Shown one piece after another: positions 48,917 through 59,103 of a DNA stretch of 64,000 nt. The notes beneath the pieces are model-generated. The model saw only the letters and a program-made list of their open reading frames with translations. It searched no databases and was not told where the DNA came from. The stretch comes from an uncultured Gemmatimonadales bacterium (lineage in GTDB: Bacteria > Gemmatimonadota > Gemmatimonadetes > Gemmatimonadales > GWC2-71-9), in the NCBI GenBank assembly GCA_963828735.1, contig CAWHFW010000005.1, positions 384,001 through 448,000 on the forward strand, given 5' to 3'. The position numbers were made by a program, and so were the translations under genes. Numbering within the stretch: the stretch's first letter is position 1; each line of letters begins with the position of its first letter.

Positions 48917-49389
48917 TGGGTGATGCCGCGGAAGAGCGGATGGGTCACGAACGATTGCAGCCAGCCGCTCGGCGAGGTGCCGTGCAGTACGGTGGGGCCC
49001 GTGTGCGCGGCCGCCGCGGAATCCGACTCGGCCGTGATGACGAGGAGGAACTTGTTGAGCTCCGCCGGCCCGACCGTCGATGTGCCGTTGTTCACGAGCC
49101 CAAGGCGCACCCACTGGCTCAGATCGGGCAGGACCGCCCAGGCGACGTAGGCGGTGAAGCGCCCCAGCCTGTCGGGCCTGGGGAGATGCGAGGCGGTGAT
49201 GGTGATGTTGTAGCTCGCGTGGCCGTCGGCCGTGACGCCGACGCCGAAGGGCGAGTCCGTCGGGATCAGGCGGGCCCGGCCCTCCGCGCCGGGCGCCGCC
49301 GTGGTCGGGTGGAGCGCGATGTCGTACGGGCCGGCCGGGACGACGAGCAGGAGCAGGCCCGCGGCCAGCGCACCGAGCCGGGGGGTCAC
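48913..49389 (-). CDS. Hypothetical exported protein (anti-sigma-K C-terminal-like)
   Basis: Signal-like N-terminus; LP....YVAW.......LG....LVITAE......GP.VL.G; translationally coupled on both sides. Confidence 0.75.
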   Translation of the reverse strand: MTPRLGALAAGLLLLVVPAGPYDIALHPTTAAPGAEGRARLIPTDSPFGVGVTADGHASYNITITASHLPRPDRLGRFTAYVAWAVLPDLSQWVRLGLVNNGTSTVGPAELNKFLLVITAESDSAAAAHTGPTVLHGTSPSGWLQSFVTHPLFRGITQ

Positions 49390-50774
49390 CGCGTGCTCTT
49401 GCCCTCGGACGTCGCCGCCGCGGCCACGACGGGCCCCCGATCGTAGTCCTGTACGCTCGAGATGTTCGGCATCCCGTGGTCATGGCCGTTCCAGCCCTTG
49501 AACCCGTCGAGCTTGAACAGCCAGAGCCCGCTCCGCATGTCGCTCATCGCGATCAGCCCGTCGCGGTTTCGCACGTCGATGCCGAAGGCGCCCTGCTCCA
49601 CGCTGTTCGAGCCCTGCCACCCGTTGTCGAAGTTGCCACCGAAGCCCTTCCCGTGCTCGCATTCGCAGGTGTAGTACCAGCCGTCGGTCTTGGGCGCCGT
49701 CGGATCCTTGAGGTCGAACACCTGAAAGCCGTCCTCGTAGGCGGCGACGAAGACGTAGGGCCAGCGGACCTCGTGGTTGTGCGACAGGTCGCGCCAGTCC
49801 GCGGTCCACGCGCTGATGGCGAGGTCCAGGTTCTTGGTCGAGTCGCGCTGGCCGGGGCCGAGGTCCCAGATCCGGAGTGGGGTGTACTCGTACTCCGTCA
49901 TGGTGACGGCGTAGCGGCCATCGGGCGACGGCGTGAAGGTATGGGCGATGTCGAAGCCCAGGCCGGTGAGGGTGAACATCTGCGTCGGCGCCTCGGGATG
50001 AGTCACGTCCCACACCGAGTAGCCGCCCAGGCCGGCGCCGTAGAACTTGTCCTGCTTGGTCGCGGGATCGTAGCCGACGTAGAAGTCGTGATAGCCGCCG
50101 GCGCCGATCTGCTTGAACGGCGTCGGATTCGGCACTCCGCCGACGATCCAGCTGCTCGAGTCGGCCCCGCTCACCACCTTGCCCAGGTCGTAGACCAGCG
50201 CCTTGGTGTCGTTGATCGTGGCGAACAGCAGCACCCGTCCGTCGGAGTGTTTATAGGCGAAGATGTTGTGGAAGCCGCCCGGCGCCGCGGGATAGCGGAG
50301 GCGAGCCACCTCCTTGACCTTGCTCGAGGCGGGCAGGCCGGTCACGTCGAACACGACGGCGCCGAGATCGGCGTCGGGGCTGCCCTGCATGAACTGGAGC
50401 GACTGCACGAAGTAGTATTTCTGGCCGATCTTGAAGTACTTGCCGTCCATGGCGCCGATGCCGCGGTGCAGCTCCGGGTTCGCGATGTGCCAGTCGAAGA
50501 TCTTGCGGGGATGGGACGGGTCCTTCACGTCGTAGATCTGGGTGCCGAAGTTCACGAAGCCGCACACGTAGACGTAGGGCCGGCCGGGGTCCTGCTCCAT
50601 CTCCATGTCGGCTGCTTTCCACGCGCCGGGATTGTTGACGATGTGGGCCAACAGGTGCACCGACTTGCTGCCGCCGTGCTTCTGGTCGAACGGGCGCACC
50701 GCGACGCCGGGATCCTGGGCCCACGCCGCGGCGGGGATGCCGCACAGCGCCAGCAGGACGAGCAACCGGGACAT
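49386..50774 (-). CDS. LVIVD-repeat / choice-of-anchor-B-like exported beta-propeller protein
   Basis: GGAGG RBS; signal peptide; repeats IYDV.DP, VFDVT, VWDVT.P, VFDL.DP; His-bearing blades (FHNIF, YHDFY, AHTF, SHNHEV). Confidence 0.82.
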   Translation of the reverse strand: MSRLLVLLALCGIPAAAWAQDPGVAVRPFDQKHGGSKSVHLLAHIVNNPGAWKAADMEMEQDPGRPYVYVCGFVNFGTQIYDVKDPSHPRKIFDWHIANPELHRGIGAMDGKYFKIGQKYYFVQSLQFMQGSPDADLGAVVFDVTGLPASSKVKEVARLRYPAAPGGFHNIFAYKHSDGRVLLFATINDTKALVYDLGKVVSGADSSSWIVGGVPNPTPFKQIGAGGYHDFYVGYDPATKQDKFYGAGLGGYSVWDVTHPEAPTQMFTLTGLGFDIAHTFTPSPDGRYAVTMTEYEYTPLRIWDLGPGQRDSTKNLDLAISAWTADWRDLSHNHEVRWPYVFVAAYEDGFQVFDLKDPTAPKTDGWYYTCECEHGKGFGGNFDNGWQGSNSVEQGAFGIDVRNRDGLIAMSDMRSGLWLFKLDGFKGWNGHDHGMPNISSVQDYDRGPVVAAAATSEGKSTR

Positions 50775-50927
50775 CGAACCTCCGTTGAGGGTGATCGGGG
50801 AAAGATAGCGGCGCCAGCAAGCCGGAGGCTTCCGGGACGACTGTGAACGGGCCTGCCGCCGGGCTGGCGGCGTGGGTGGCGCATTCGGGCTAGATTCTTC
50901 CCGTCACGAACCCTCCGACGGGAAATC

Positions 50928-53118
50928 ATGCACGCCCTCCTGATCCTTCTCTCTGCCGCCACCACCATCGTCCAACTCCCCGCTCAGAACCCGCGCGACG
51001 GCGACGTCGCTCGCTGGGAGCGCGAAGCCCGTGCGGTCACGATCGTGCGGGACGACTGGGGGATCGCCCACGTCCATGGGAAGACCGACGCCGACGCGAT
51101 CTTCGGGATGATCTACGCCCAGGCGGAGGACGACTTCAACCGGATCGAGACCAACTACCTCAACTCGATGGGCCGGCAGGCCGAGGCCGAGGGCGAGGAC
51201 GCGATCTGGCAGGACCTCCGGATGAAGCTCTTCATCAATCCGGACAGCATGCGGGCCAAGTACGCCGCCAGCCCGGTCTGGCTCAAGCGGCTGATGGACG
51301 CCTGGGCCGACGGTCTCAACTTCTATCTCCACACCCATACCGGGGTGAAACCACGCGTCATCACCCGCTTCGAGCCGTGGATGGCGCTGACCTTCAGCGA
51401 GGGCAGCATCGGCGGGGACATCGAGAGCGTGGACCTCGACGGGCTCCGGGCGTTCTATGGCGACAGCGCCGGTCGGCCCGGTCCGGCAGTGGGAAGTCGA
51501 TCGGGCACGGACACCCGCGAGCCCTCGGGCTCGAACGGGTTCGCGATCGCGCCGTCCAATACGGTGAACCACCGAGCGCTGCTCCTCATCAATCCCCATA
51601 CCTCGTTTTTCTTCCGCGCCGAGCAACAGGTCACGAGCGACGAGGGCCTCAACGCCTACGGCGCCGCGACCTGGGGACAGTTCTTCCTCTATCAGGGGTT
51701 CAATCAGCGGGTCGGCTGGATGCACACCTCGACCGGCGCGGACGCGATCGACGAGTACGTCGAGGTCATCGTGCAGAAGGGCGGTCGCCTCTTCTACAGG
51801 TACGGGCGAGAGGAGCGGCACCTCGTCGCCGAGCGGATCGCGGTACCCTATCGGACCGCGCAGGGAATGGCGGAGAGAGCATTCACGGTCTACCGCACCC
51901 ATCACGGGCCCGTCGTGCGAGCGGCGGATGGGCGGTGGATCAGTGTCCGGCTCATGGAGAAGCCGATCGAAGCGTTGAGCCAGTCGTACCTCCGGACCAA
52001 GGCGCGGACGCTCGCCGAGTACCGGAAGGCCATGGAGCTGCACGCCAACTCGTCCAACAACACCGTCTATGCGGACGCCGATGGGCACATCGCGTACTTC
52101 CATCCGCAGTTCGTGCCCAAGCGGGACGGTCGGTTTGACTGGACCCGTCCGGTCGACGGGAGTGACCCCGCGACCGAGTGGCGCGGCGTGCACGGGGTCG
52201 AGGACAGCCCGCACGTGGTCGACCCACCCAACGGCTGGATCCAGAACACGAACGACTGGCCCTACTCGGCGGCGGCGCAGTACAGCCCCCGGCGCGAGGA
52301 CTTCCCCGCGTACATGGACGAGGCCGGGGAGAGCCCGCGCGGGCTGCACGCGATCCGGGTGCTCGAGGCCCGGAAGGACTTCACGCTCGACCGGCTGAGA
52401 GACGCTGCCTTCGATAGCTATCTCACCGCCTTCGCCCGGCTGGTGCCGCCGCTGCTCGAGGCGTACGATGGCCTCCCCGCGGCCGACTCGCTCCGCCGGA
52501 AGCTCGCCGAGCCGATCGCGCGACTCCACGAATGGGACTTCCGCTGGTCCGCGGGCTCGGTGCCTACGTCGCTCGCGGTCTACTGGGGCGACACGCTCTG
52601 CGACCCTCTCCCAGCGCGACGCGCGCGCGGCCCATCTTGGGCTGTACGACTACATGGCGACGCGAGCGACGGCGGCGCAGCGGCTCGGCGCGCTCGACGC
52701 GGCGGTCGGACGCCTCACCCGCGACTTCGGCACCTGGCGCACCCCCTGGGGAGAGATCAACCGATTCCAGCGGCTCACCGGAGCCATCGTGCAGCGGTTC
52801 GACGACGCGGGGGCGAGCATCCCGGTGCCGTTCACCTCGGCGCGATGGGGCTCGCTCGCGTCCTTCGGCGCGCGCACGTACCCGGGCACGAAACGGATGT
52901 ACGGCACGAGCGGCAACAGTTTCGTCGCGGTGGTGGAGTTCGGGCGGGACAGCGTCCGGGCCAAGGCGGTCACGGCGGGCGGCGAGAGCGGGGATCCGCG
53001 GTCGAAACACTTCGGCGACCAGGCCGAGCGATACGCCGAAGGTCACCTGCGCGATGTCTACTTCTATCCGGCGCAGCTCGAGGGTCACATCGAGCGGACA
53101 TACTCTCCGGGGGAGTGA
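50928..53118 (+). CDS. Penicillin acylase family (peptidase S45) protein, frameshifted near 52605
   Basis: RD.WG.AHV.G, YAQAED, nucleophile SNGFAIAP, NPH, GWMHT. Continues in another frame as PWGEINR, GNSFVAVVEF, GGESGDP.S.HF.DQ. Confidence 0.88.
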
Positions 53119-53143
53119 CCTGGTCCGCCCGTGGCGGCGGCGG

Positions 53144-54007
53144 TCAGGGTCCCCCGCCGCTCACGATGAGCGCGATCGCGGCGAGGGCGCAGACCACGCC
53201 GGCCATCTGCCGCGTATTGAGGCGCTCGCCGAGCACCACGCGCGCGAGGAGCACGGTGCTTGCCGGGTAGAGCGACACGAGCGTCACCACGACACTGAGC
53301 GGCCCGATGCGCGCGGCGACCAGGTACAAGGCGTTCGCGAACATGTCGATGACGCCGCACGCGATCGTGAGCAGCAACACGCCCGGCAGCCGGAGCGACT
53401 GCCGGGTGACTACGGCCGCGAGCCCGAAGGCGATCGTGGCCAGGGAGCGCGAGACGAGAATGGGCCACATCCCGGCCTCGCGGCGCGTCTGCGCGAGGGA
53501 CAAGAGAAAGAACCCGATGGCGACGCCCGACACGAGCGCGATGCCGATGCCTGGGGGCAGGCGTCCACCGGCGACCGCGCCGGCGTGTGACGCGTCCGGC
53601 GCGCTCTGCTGGCTCACCAGGACGATCGCGACGATGCCGAGGAGGATGCCGAGTGCCGCGACCGGCGCGGGCCGCTCGCCGAGCCCGATCGACACCAGGA
53701 CCGGAATGGCGACGGCGCACACCGCGGTGGTCGGCGCTACGACCGCCATGCGCCCGATGGCGAGCGCGCGATAGAGGAGCGCGACGCCCACGCCGCCGGT
53801 GAGCCCCGCCGACGCGCCCCAGAGCAGGTCGGCGCGGGAGGGCGCGGCAGGCGGGAGGAACGGCATCAGCACGAGAAGCAGCACGAGGCCGCTCAGCTGT
53901 GACAGCACGACGACGGGGAGCATGCCCGCGCGCCGTGTGACCAGACCGCCGGCAAAGTCACCGGCGCCGTAGAGCGCAGCGGAGAGGAGGGCGAGGAGGA
54001 ATGCCAT
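53144..54007 (-). CDS. EamA/DMT family transporter
   Basis: YG.GDF.GG, YRALA.G.M.VVAP, SLYPA.TVLLA...LGER. Confidence 0.9.
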   Translation of the reverse strand: MAFLLALLSAALYGAGDFAGGLVTRRAGMLPVVVLSQLSGLVLLLVLMPFLPPAAPSRADLLWGASAGLTGGVGVALLYRALAIGRMAVVAPTTAVCAVAIPVLVSIGLGERPAPVAALGILLGIVAIVLVSQQSAPDASHAGAVAGGRLPPGIGIALVSGVAIGFFLLSLAQTRREAGMWPILVSRSLATIAFGLAAVVTRQSLRLPGVLLLTIACGVIDMFANALYLVAARIGPLSVVVTLVSLYPASTVLLARVVLGERLNTRQMAGVVCALAAIALIVSGGGP

Positions 54008-54090
54008 GGGCGGCGAATCATACACGGACGCCGCCCCGTCCGGATCTTGCCACACATACCTGCAGATCGAACCGCCCGCCTTCGTGAATG

Positions 54091-54402
54091 TCAGCCGTCC
54101 CGGCGAACATCCCACGCTTCGAGCACCTCCATTACCTCGCGCTCGAGCGTCACACCGCCGGGAAACGTGCGCACAAACTCGTCTCGCAGCCGCGCCGCGT
54201 GCTTCGCCAGGTAGCGGTCGAGATCTGCCTGGCACTCGGCGTCGTACCGCATTCGGTATCGGCCCGGTGCCGAACGGGCGAAGGCCGCCGCCCGAAAGCA
54301 ACCGGTGGCGAGGAGCGCCGGGATGTGGTGCTCGCGCATGTAGCGCTCATACGCGGGAGTCAGGCTCGCTTCGACCGTCGCGGTGACCTCGTAGCTCAGC
54401 AT
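54091..54402 (-). CDS. DUF4286 family protein
   Basis: YEVT......Y..YM...HIP.LLATG.F; L..Y...HA..LR. Confidence 0.82.
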   Translation of the reverse strand: MLSYEVTATVEASLTPAYERYMREHHIPALLATGCFRAAAFARSAPGRYRMRYDAECQADLDRYLAKHAARLRDEFVRTFPGGVTLEREVMEVLEAWDVRRDG

Positions 54403-54656
54403 GAATTGGGTCGGAACGGGTGGTCGAACCGCAGGTGAAGGCACTTGATGCTGAATGCCTCTCGAAAACCTACTCGAAGGCCGTTCAGATGTCAGTTTAT
54501 GTAGATCTGTTATCTGCTTACATTGATGATACTTACAGAGTAGTTATGAGTCATCTTCGAGCTCACGATGCGCTGGCGCGCTAATAACTTCACGCCATCT
54601 CGAGTGCTGAGCGGTTCGGTCCAGACGCCAGGGTAGCGCCCCCGGGCGTGGCGCCA

Positions 54657-54851
54657 TCATGACGACGGCCTGGGCGATCCCCGGAAGAGCTGGATGATCC
54701 CCATCAGGCTCACGCCGAACAGCACGCCGCTCGCGAACAGCAGCACGAAGTCGACCGTGCGCACGTGCGGCGCCGCACGCATGGCCGACACGAGGGCTAC
54801 GAGCATCGGCGCCGCGAAGACGGCGGCGCGGCGACGAGCTGGGCTCTCCAT
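54657..54851 (-). CDS. Small two-TM membrane protein
   Basis: GGAGG RBS; VR.VD...LFASG.LFG..L. Confidence 0.65.
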   Translation of the reverse strand: MESPARRRAAVFAAPMLVALVSAMRAAPHVRTVDFVLLFASGVLFGVSLMGIIQLFRGSPRPSS

Positions 54852-54943
54852 GGCCGGCCCCTCCCTCAAGGTGATCCTGCCACGGCAACATCCCGAACGT
54901 GGTGTGCAGAGGCACGGACGGTCGCTCGGCGCGGCATCGCAGG

Positions 54944-57595
54944 TTACCCCGCGAACTCCAGTCGCACCGTACTCACACCGGACCCCTCGAGCGCAACCGG
55001 CACCGCGTGTCCGCCATCCGCGAGCGGGAGCTCCACCCCAGCATCGTCACGCTCGTCCGCCCGAAGCCGGACCGCGCGTGTGGCCGGGCGCCCAAGCCGC
55101 CAGACGCCAGACACTGGCTCCGCTCGCGCGTTCCAGCAGCGGAGCACGAGCCCGTCCCCGGCTTCCGGCGGCTTGGCGGCGGAGAAAACAAGTCCGCGGC
55201 CTTCGAGGCGGACGTGGCCTGGCGGGATCGAGAGTGGGCTCGCCTGACGAAGCCAGAGCGCCCGCGGGGGCAGGAAGACGTCCTCCCACAATTCGGGAAG
55301 CGAGCTACCCATCCAGAGATCGGCGGCTTGGACCGGGACGATGGCCAACTGCAGCTCGTCCGTGCCCAGGCACTGCGCCTCTGGTGTCGGCGTGGGCCAG
55401 CCGGCGTGGCCGGGCCTGGTGGGCAGATCGTCGCGCGAGAGCTGCCCGACGGCGCGGAGCAGCGTCACGCGGAGGTCGCCGTCCGAGCCCAGCTCGTATT
55501 CGAAGAACCCCGGAGCCAGGACGGCGAGACCGCGCTCGCCATCCGCCACCGCGACAAATCGCTGCGCCGGTGCCGTGGTCACGGGCGTCTCGCGCGGGTA
55601 GCGGGCTGCGTCTGCGGCGACCGCCGAGCGGACGACGGTCCCGAACTGGGCCCCCGCCACGGCAGCCGCCGCCGGCACCCCGGACGGGACGTGAAGGCGA
55701 AGCCGGTGATCCGTCGCCTGGTTATCCAGCTGGACAGTACAGCGAACCGCGGGGCTCCCCGCGTGGAGCGTGACCACGAGCCGCATACCCACCCACCCGT
55801 TCGCGCAACCGAGGCGACCGCTGACCTCGAGTGCCGCGACGACGGGACCCCGTGCCAACACGCGTACCGCCACCGGCCCGTTCAGCCGATGCACGCGATC
55901 CCGCGCGCGCGGCGCCCAGGTGTACGTGTCGCCCGCATCGCCGGCGGACTCGAGGCCGAGCAGCGAGGGGTACAGCAGGCCCGTCCGGCGATCGGCCAGC
56001 GCGATGGTCCCGTCCCGGCCGACCGTGAGAGCGAGCATCCCGTTGTCGAGGCTCCGCTCGGCGGCGCGCGCGCCGCCCTCCACGCTGGCGCGCTGGCGCT
56101 CGATCGGCTCGAGAAGGGCAACCCCAAGGCCTCCCAGCGCCGGCGCCTGGAAGGCGACGCGCACCACGTCCACTTCGTCCTGATCTGGGTAGTGGCGCGG
56201 CGCGTCGAGTCGCTCGTGCTCCAACGCACGACCGAGCGGCTGGAGCGGGATCGGACCGTCGGGTCCGAGCAGCGAGATGGCGCGCGCGCCGTCTCCCCGT
56301 CGGGGCTCGCGGCCGCCAGGCGGTCCGATGAGCACGTCACGCCGGAACCATGTGAGGTCCGCGACGACCACACCTCCTCCCCGCACGCGCGCCGCGGGAT
56401 TCCACAGGACGAGGCGCGGGGCCGTGTCTTCGGGATGATCGCGCGCGCGATCGGGATCGTTCCCCGTGAGGGCGTCGAGGCTCGCCCGGGCGATCTCGCG
56501 CGCGCCCTGCACGGCGTCGTCGAGACGGCCGGCGACGCGCCTCGCGACCACATCCGACGTGCAGCCTCCGATCGAGTCGTGGAACTGGGAGCGCACCAGC
56601 GTGCGCCAGCCGTCTCGGAGGAGCGGCCGCCGGTCACCGCGCCCCGCGGCGAAGGCCAGCGCGGCCAGCGGCTCGGCGGTGCGCTCCAGCAGCAGCTCGG
56701 CTTGGGCATGGCGGCGCTTGAGCGGGGCGCGGGTGGCGTGAACGCCCTGGAGCGTCCAGGTGTAGCCGTAGCTCCAGCGAAGCTCGCCGCGGAGCGCCGT
56801 CACGCCGTTCGCCTGCGCCTCGACCGCCTGGAAGAACTCGTCGAACCGCGAGACCCGCACCTCGGCGTTGGGCTCGAGCGCTGCGATCAGATCGCGTACG
56901 CGCCCGATTGCCGCCGGAGCCGCGTGATGATCCGCCCCGACGGTCACCGCCAGATGCGAGCTGGCCGCGCGGCGCACGAGCACGGGCTTGAGGATGCTCC
57001 AGGCCTGGCGCAGCCGTGGCGGATCATCCACCAGGCCCGAGCCGGCTTCGTAGCCGTCGGGCGGGAGGTGGTATAGCAGGATCGAGCGGCCGTCGGGCGC
57101 GTACCAGCGGAAGAGGTCGCCCTCCTGACCGACCTCACCGCCGAGCCCTCGCCACAGCACGCCGTGGCCGATGCCGAACTCGGCGGCGAGCGCGGGCCAT
57201 ATCGCGGGGTGGCCGAAGGCGTCGGGCGAATACAGCACGCCGGGCCGTCCACCGAGCGACTCCGCGTCGGCGCGACCGAGCAGCAGGTTCCGAACCAGCG
57301 ACTCGCCGGACGGGATCAGCTCGTCCGCGAGCACGTACCACGGCCCGACCTGCAGCCGGCCGGCGCGGACGAGCGACGAGACGCGCTGGCGCTGATCGGG
57401 GCGCACGCGGAGGTAGTCTTCGAGCAGGACGGTCTGCCCATCGAGAAAGAAGCTGCGAAACTCGGGCGAGGCGTCGAGCCGGTCGAGGAGGTCGTCGAGG
57501 GCGGGAATCAGGCGGGCGACGAAGGCGGCGCGCGGGAGGTACCACTCACGATCCCAGTGGGTGTGCGGGATCAGATGGACCGTCAGCCCGGACAC
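54944..57595 (-). CDS. Glycoside hydrolase family 38 (alpha-mannosidase-like)
   Basis: HTHWDREWY, F.LDGQ, GPWYVLADE, E...RNL..G, PDAFGH, HDSI.GC, TLLRAVG.LSR.DL. Confidence 0.93.
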   Translation of the reverse strand: MSGLTVHLIPHTHWDREWYLPRAAFVARLIPALDDLLDRLDASPEFRSFFLDGQTVLLEDYLRVRPDQRQRVSSLVRAGRLQVGPWYVLADELIPSGESLVRNLLLGRADAESLGGRPGVLYSPDAFGHPAIWPALAAEFGIGHGVLWRGLGGEVGQEGDLFRWYAPDGRSILLYHLPPDGYEAGSGLVDDPPRLRQAWSILKPVLVRRAASSHLAVTVGADHHAAPAAIGRVRDLIAALEPNAEVRVSRFDEFFQAVEAQANGVTALRGELRWSYGYTWTLQGVHATRAPLKRRHAQAELLLERTAEPLAALAFAAGRGDRRPLLRDGWRTLVRSQFHDSIGGCTSDVVARRVAGRLDDAVQGAREIARASLDALTGNDPDRARDHPEDTAPRLVLWNPAARVRGGGVVVADLTWFRRDVLIGPPGGREPRRGDGARAISLLGPDGPIPLQPLGRALEHERLDAPRHYPDQDEVDVVRVAFQAPALGGLGVALLEPIERQRASVEGGARAAERSLDNGMLALTVGRDGTIALADRRTGLLYPSLLGLESAGDAGDTYTWAPRARDRVHRLNGPVAVRVLARGPVVAALEVSGRLGCANGWVGMRLVVTLHAGSPAVRCTVQLDNQATDHRLRLHVPSGVPAAAAVAGAQFGTVVRSAVAADAARYPRETPVTTAPAQRFVAVADGERGLAVLAPGFFEYELGSDGDLRVTLLRAVGQLSRDDLPTRPGHAGWPTPTPEAQCLGTDELQLAIVPVQAADLWMGSSLPELWEDVFLPPRALWLRQASPLSIPPGHVRLEGRGLVFSAAKPPEAGDGLVLRCWNARAEPVSGVWRLGRPATRAVRLRADERDDAGVELPLADGGHAVPVALEGSGVSTVRLEFAG

Positions 57596-57604
57596 CGGCG
57601 CGCC

Positions 57605-57778
57605 TTAGTAGTTACGCGGGCGGAAGGCCCAGAGTGCGATCTTGAGGGCGATCAGACCGACTAACCCGTAGGCCACGATGTCCCAGCGAATGCCCGAGGC
57701 CCAGAACTCGACGTTGGCGCCGAGGGTCCGGAAGGTCGTTCCGGCAACCTGGGCGAGAATGAGCGCGTATTCCACCAT
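57605..57778 (-). CDS. 57-aa membrane protein beginning with a Flp-pilin-like MVEYALILA motif
   Basis: Translated by hand: MVEYALILAQVAGTTFRTLGANVEFWASGIRWDIVAYGLVGLIALKIALWAFRPRNY-TAA. Below the apparent 60-aa cut-off of the ORF track. Confidence 0.6.
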   Translation of the reverse strand: MVEYALILAQVAGTTFRTLGANVEFWASGIRWDIVAYGLVGLIALKIALWAFRPRNY

Positions 57779-57965
57779 GGGTGCCTGCCGGGGCGAGCGC
57801 GTGTCGCGAGCGGATACGTGCGGCCGGGATCGCCGTCGCGATCATCATCGGAGCCGGATGTCGGGGTAGCCATTCCGAGCGGACCACGCACCCGCCGGCG
57901 AAGCCCGCTTCCGGTGGAGCTCCCGCTCGGTACGGCCCCCACGACATTGGACTCGATGGCTTGCC

Positions 57966-59096
57966 TCAATCTAACCGGCGCGCCGCCCGCCGGAACACCG
58001 CCTGGTCGAGCTGACCCGCGACCGACGTGGCCGGCACCTCCATCATCCCGTCCGCGGACATCCGCAGCTCGATCACGTCCGCCGCCGGACCGAACCATCG
58101 GGTGCTCGGCTCGATATCCGACGGGTACACGAACTCCGGCAGCGCGGCCGCCGCCAGCGCCGCCTGGGAGCCGAGCCCTGATTCGGGCATGGTTCCCGCC
58201 CACAGGCGGACCCCGTGCTCGCGGGCGAGCCGGACGACGCGGCAGACTTCGGTGAGTCCGCCCATCCGGTGAACCTTCACGTTCCAGACGCGCGGGCCAT
58301 CGAGCTCCAGCAGCTGTCGTCCCGCTCGGGCTGAGTGAAGGGACTCGTCCACGCACACCGGCGTTCGAAGCGTCTGAGACAGCCGGGCGTGACCGACCAG
58401 CTCGTCGGGCGCGAGCGGCTGCTCGAAGTAGAGGAGGCCGGCATCGTCGAGCGCGCGGATGGCGGGCTCGTGGGCGGGCCACTCGTATCCGCCATTGGCG
58501 TCCACCGTGAGCGGGACGCCGGTGCCCTCGAGCAGGTGGCGCGCCGTCGCGACGGGCTCGGCATCCCACCCGGGCGCGATCTTGATCTTCACGCGACGGT
58601 AGCCGTCCCCCAGCGCGTCCTCGATCCACCGTGTGAGCGTCGCGGTCGAGCGGTCCGCCGGAATGCCGAGCGCGACGCCGCAGGGAATCGCGGCCGCCGG
58701 GGCGACGCCCAGTCGCTCGGCGAGGAGTGCCGCGATCCCGGTGCCGCGGCGATGCGCCTCGAGGTCCCAGGCAGCGGTCTCGAGCGCGGCGCGAGCGAAC
58801 GCGTTGCCGCGGACGCCCTGGCGGAGGAGCGCGTCCACGGCCTCGGGGCTTTCGATCTCCCGACCCACGAGCCGTGGGATGAGGACCTCCTCGAGCATCA
58901 AGCGGGCGGAGCCGAGGGTCTCCTCGGAGTAGAACGGGAGCTCGAACGGAGGCGACTCACCGTAGCCGACGTGGCCGGTGTCGTCGTGCAGGATGACGAC
59001 CAGCGACCGGCGCACGGTCATCGTCCCGCCCGAGATGATGAACGGCTCGTCGAGCGGGAGGGCGAGATCGAGGAGGTCGATGGACGTCAGGCGCAC
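57966..59096 (-). CDS. o-succinylbenzoate synthase / N-acylamino acid racemase (enolase superfamily)
   Basis: G.GES, Y.EET, KIKI.PG.D, DAN, EQP, DES, NVK..R.GG, M.ESG, YPSD. Confidence 0.88.
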   Translation of the reverse strand: MRLTSIDLLDLALPLDEPFIISGGTMTVRRSLVVILHDDTGHVGYGESPPFELPFYSEETLGSARLMLEEVLIPRLVGREIESPEAVDALLRQGVRGNAFARAALETAAWDLEAHRRGTGIAALLAERLGVAPAAAIPCGVALGIPADRSTATLTRWIEDALGDGYRRVKIKIAPGWDAEPVATARHLLEGTGVPLTVDANGGYEWPAHEPAIRALDDAGLLYFEQPLAPDELVGHARLSQTLRTPVCVDESLHSARAGRQLLELDGPRVWNVKVHRMGGLTEVCRVVRLAREHGVRLWAGTMPESGLGSQAALAAAALPEFVYPSDIEPSTRWFGPAADVIELRMSADGMMEVPATSVAGQLDQAVFRRAARRLD

Positions 59097-59103
59097 GTCC
59101 CGC

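Noticed and set aside
57781..57970. Plus-strand lipoprotein-like stub (IAVAIIIGAGC...)
   Set aside because: No credible start or RBS and it runs into the convergent gene; cannot be separated from chance.
57966..59096. Assigning the symbol menC
   Set aside because: No menaquinone genes nearby; this subfamily is often an N-succinylamino acid racemase.
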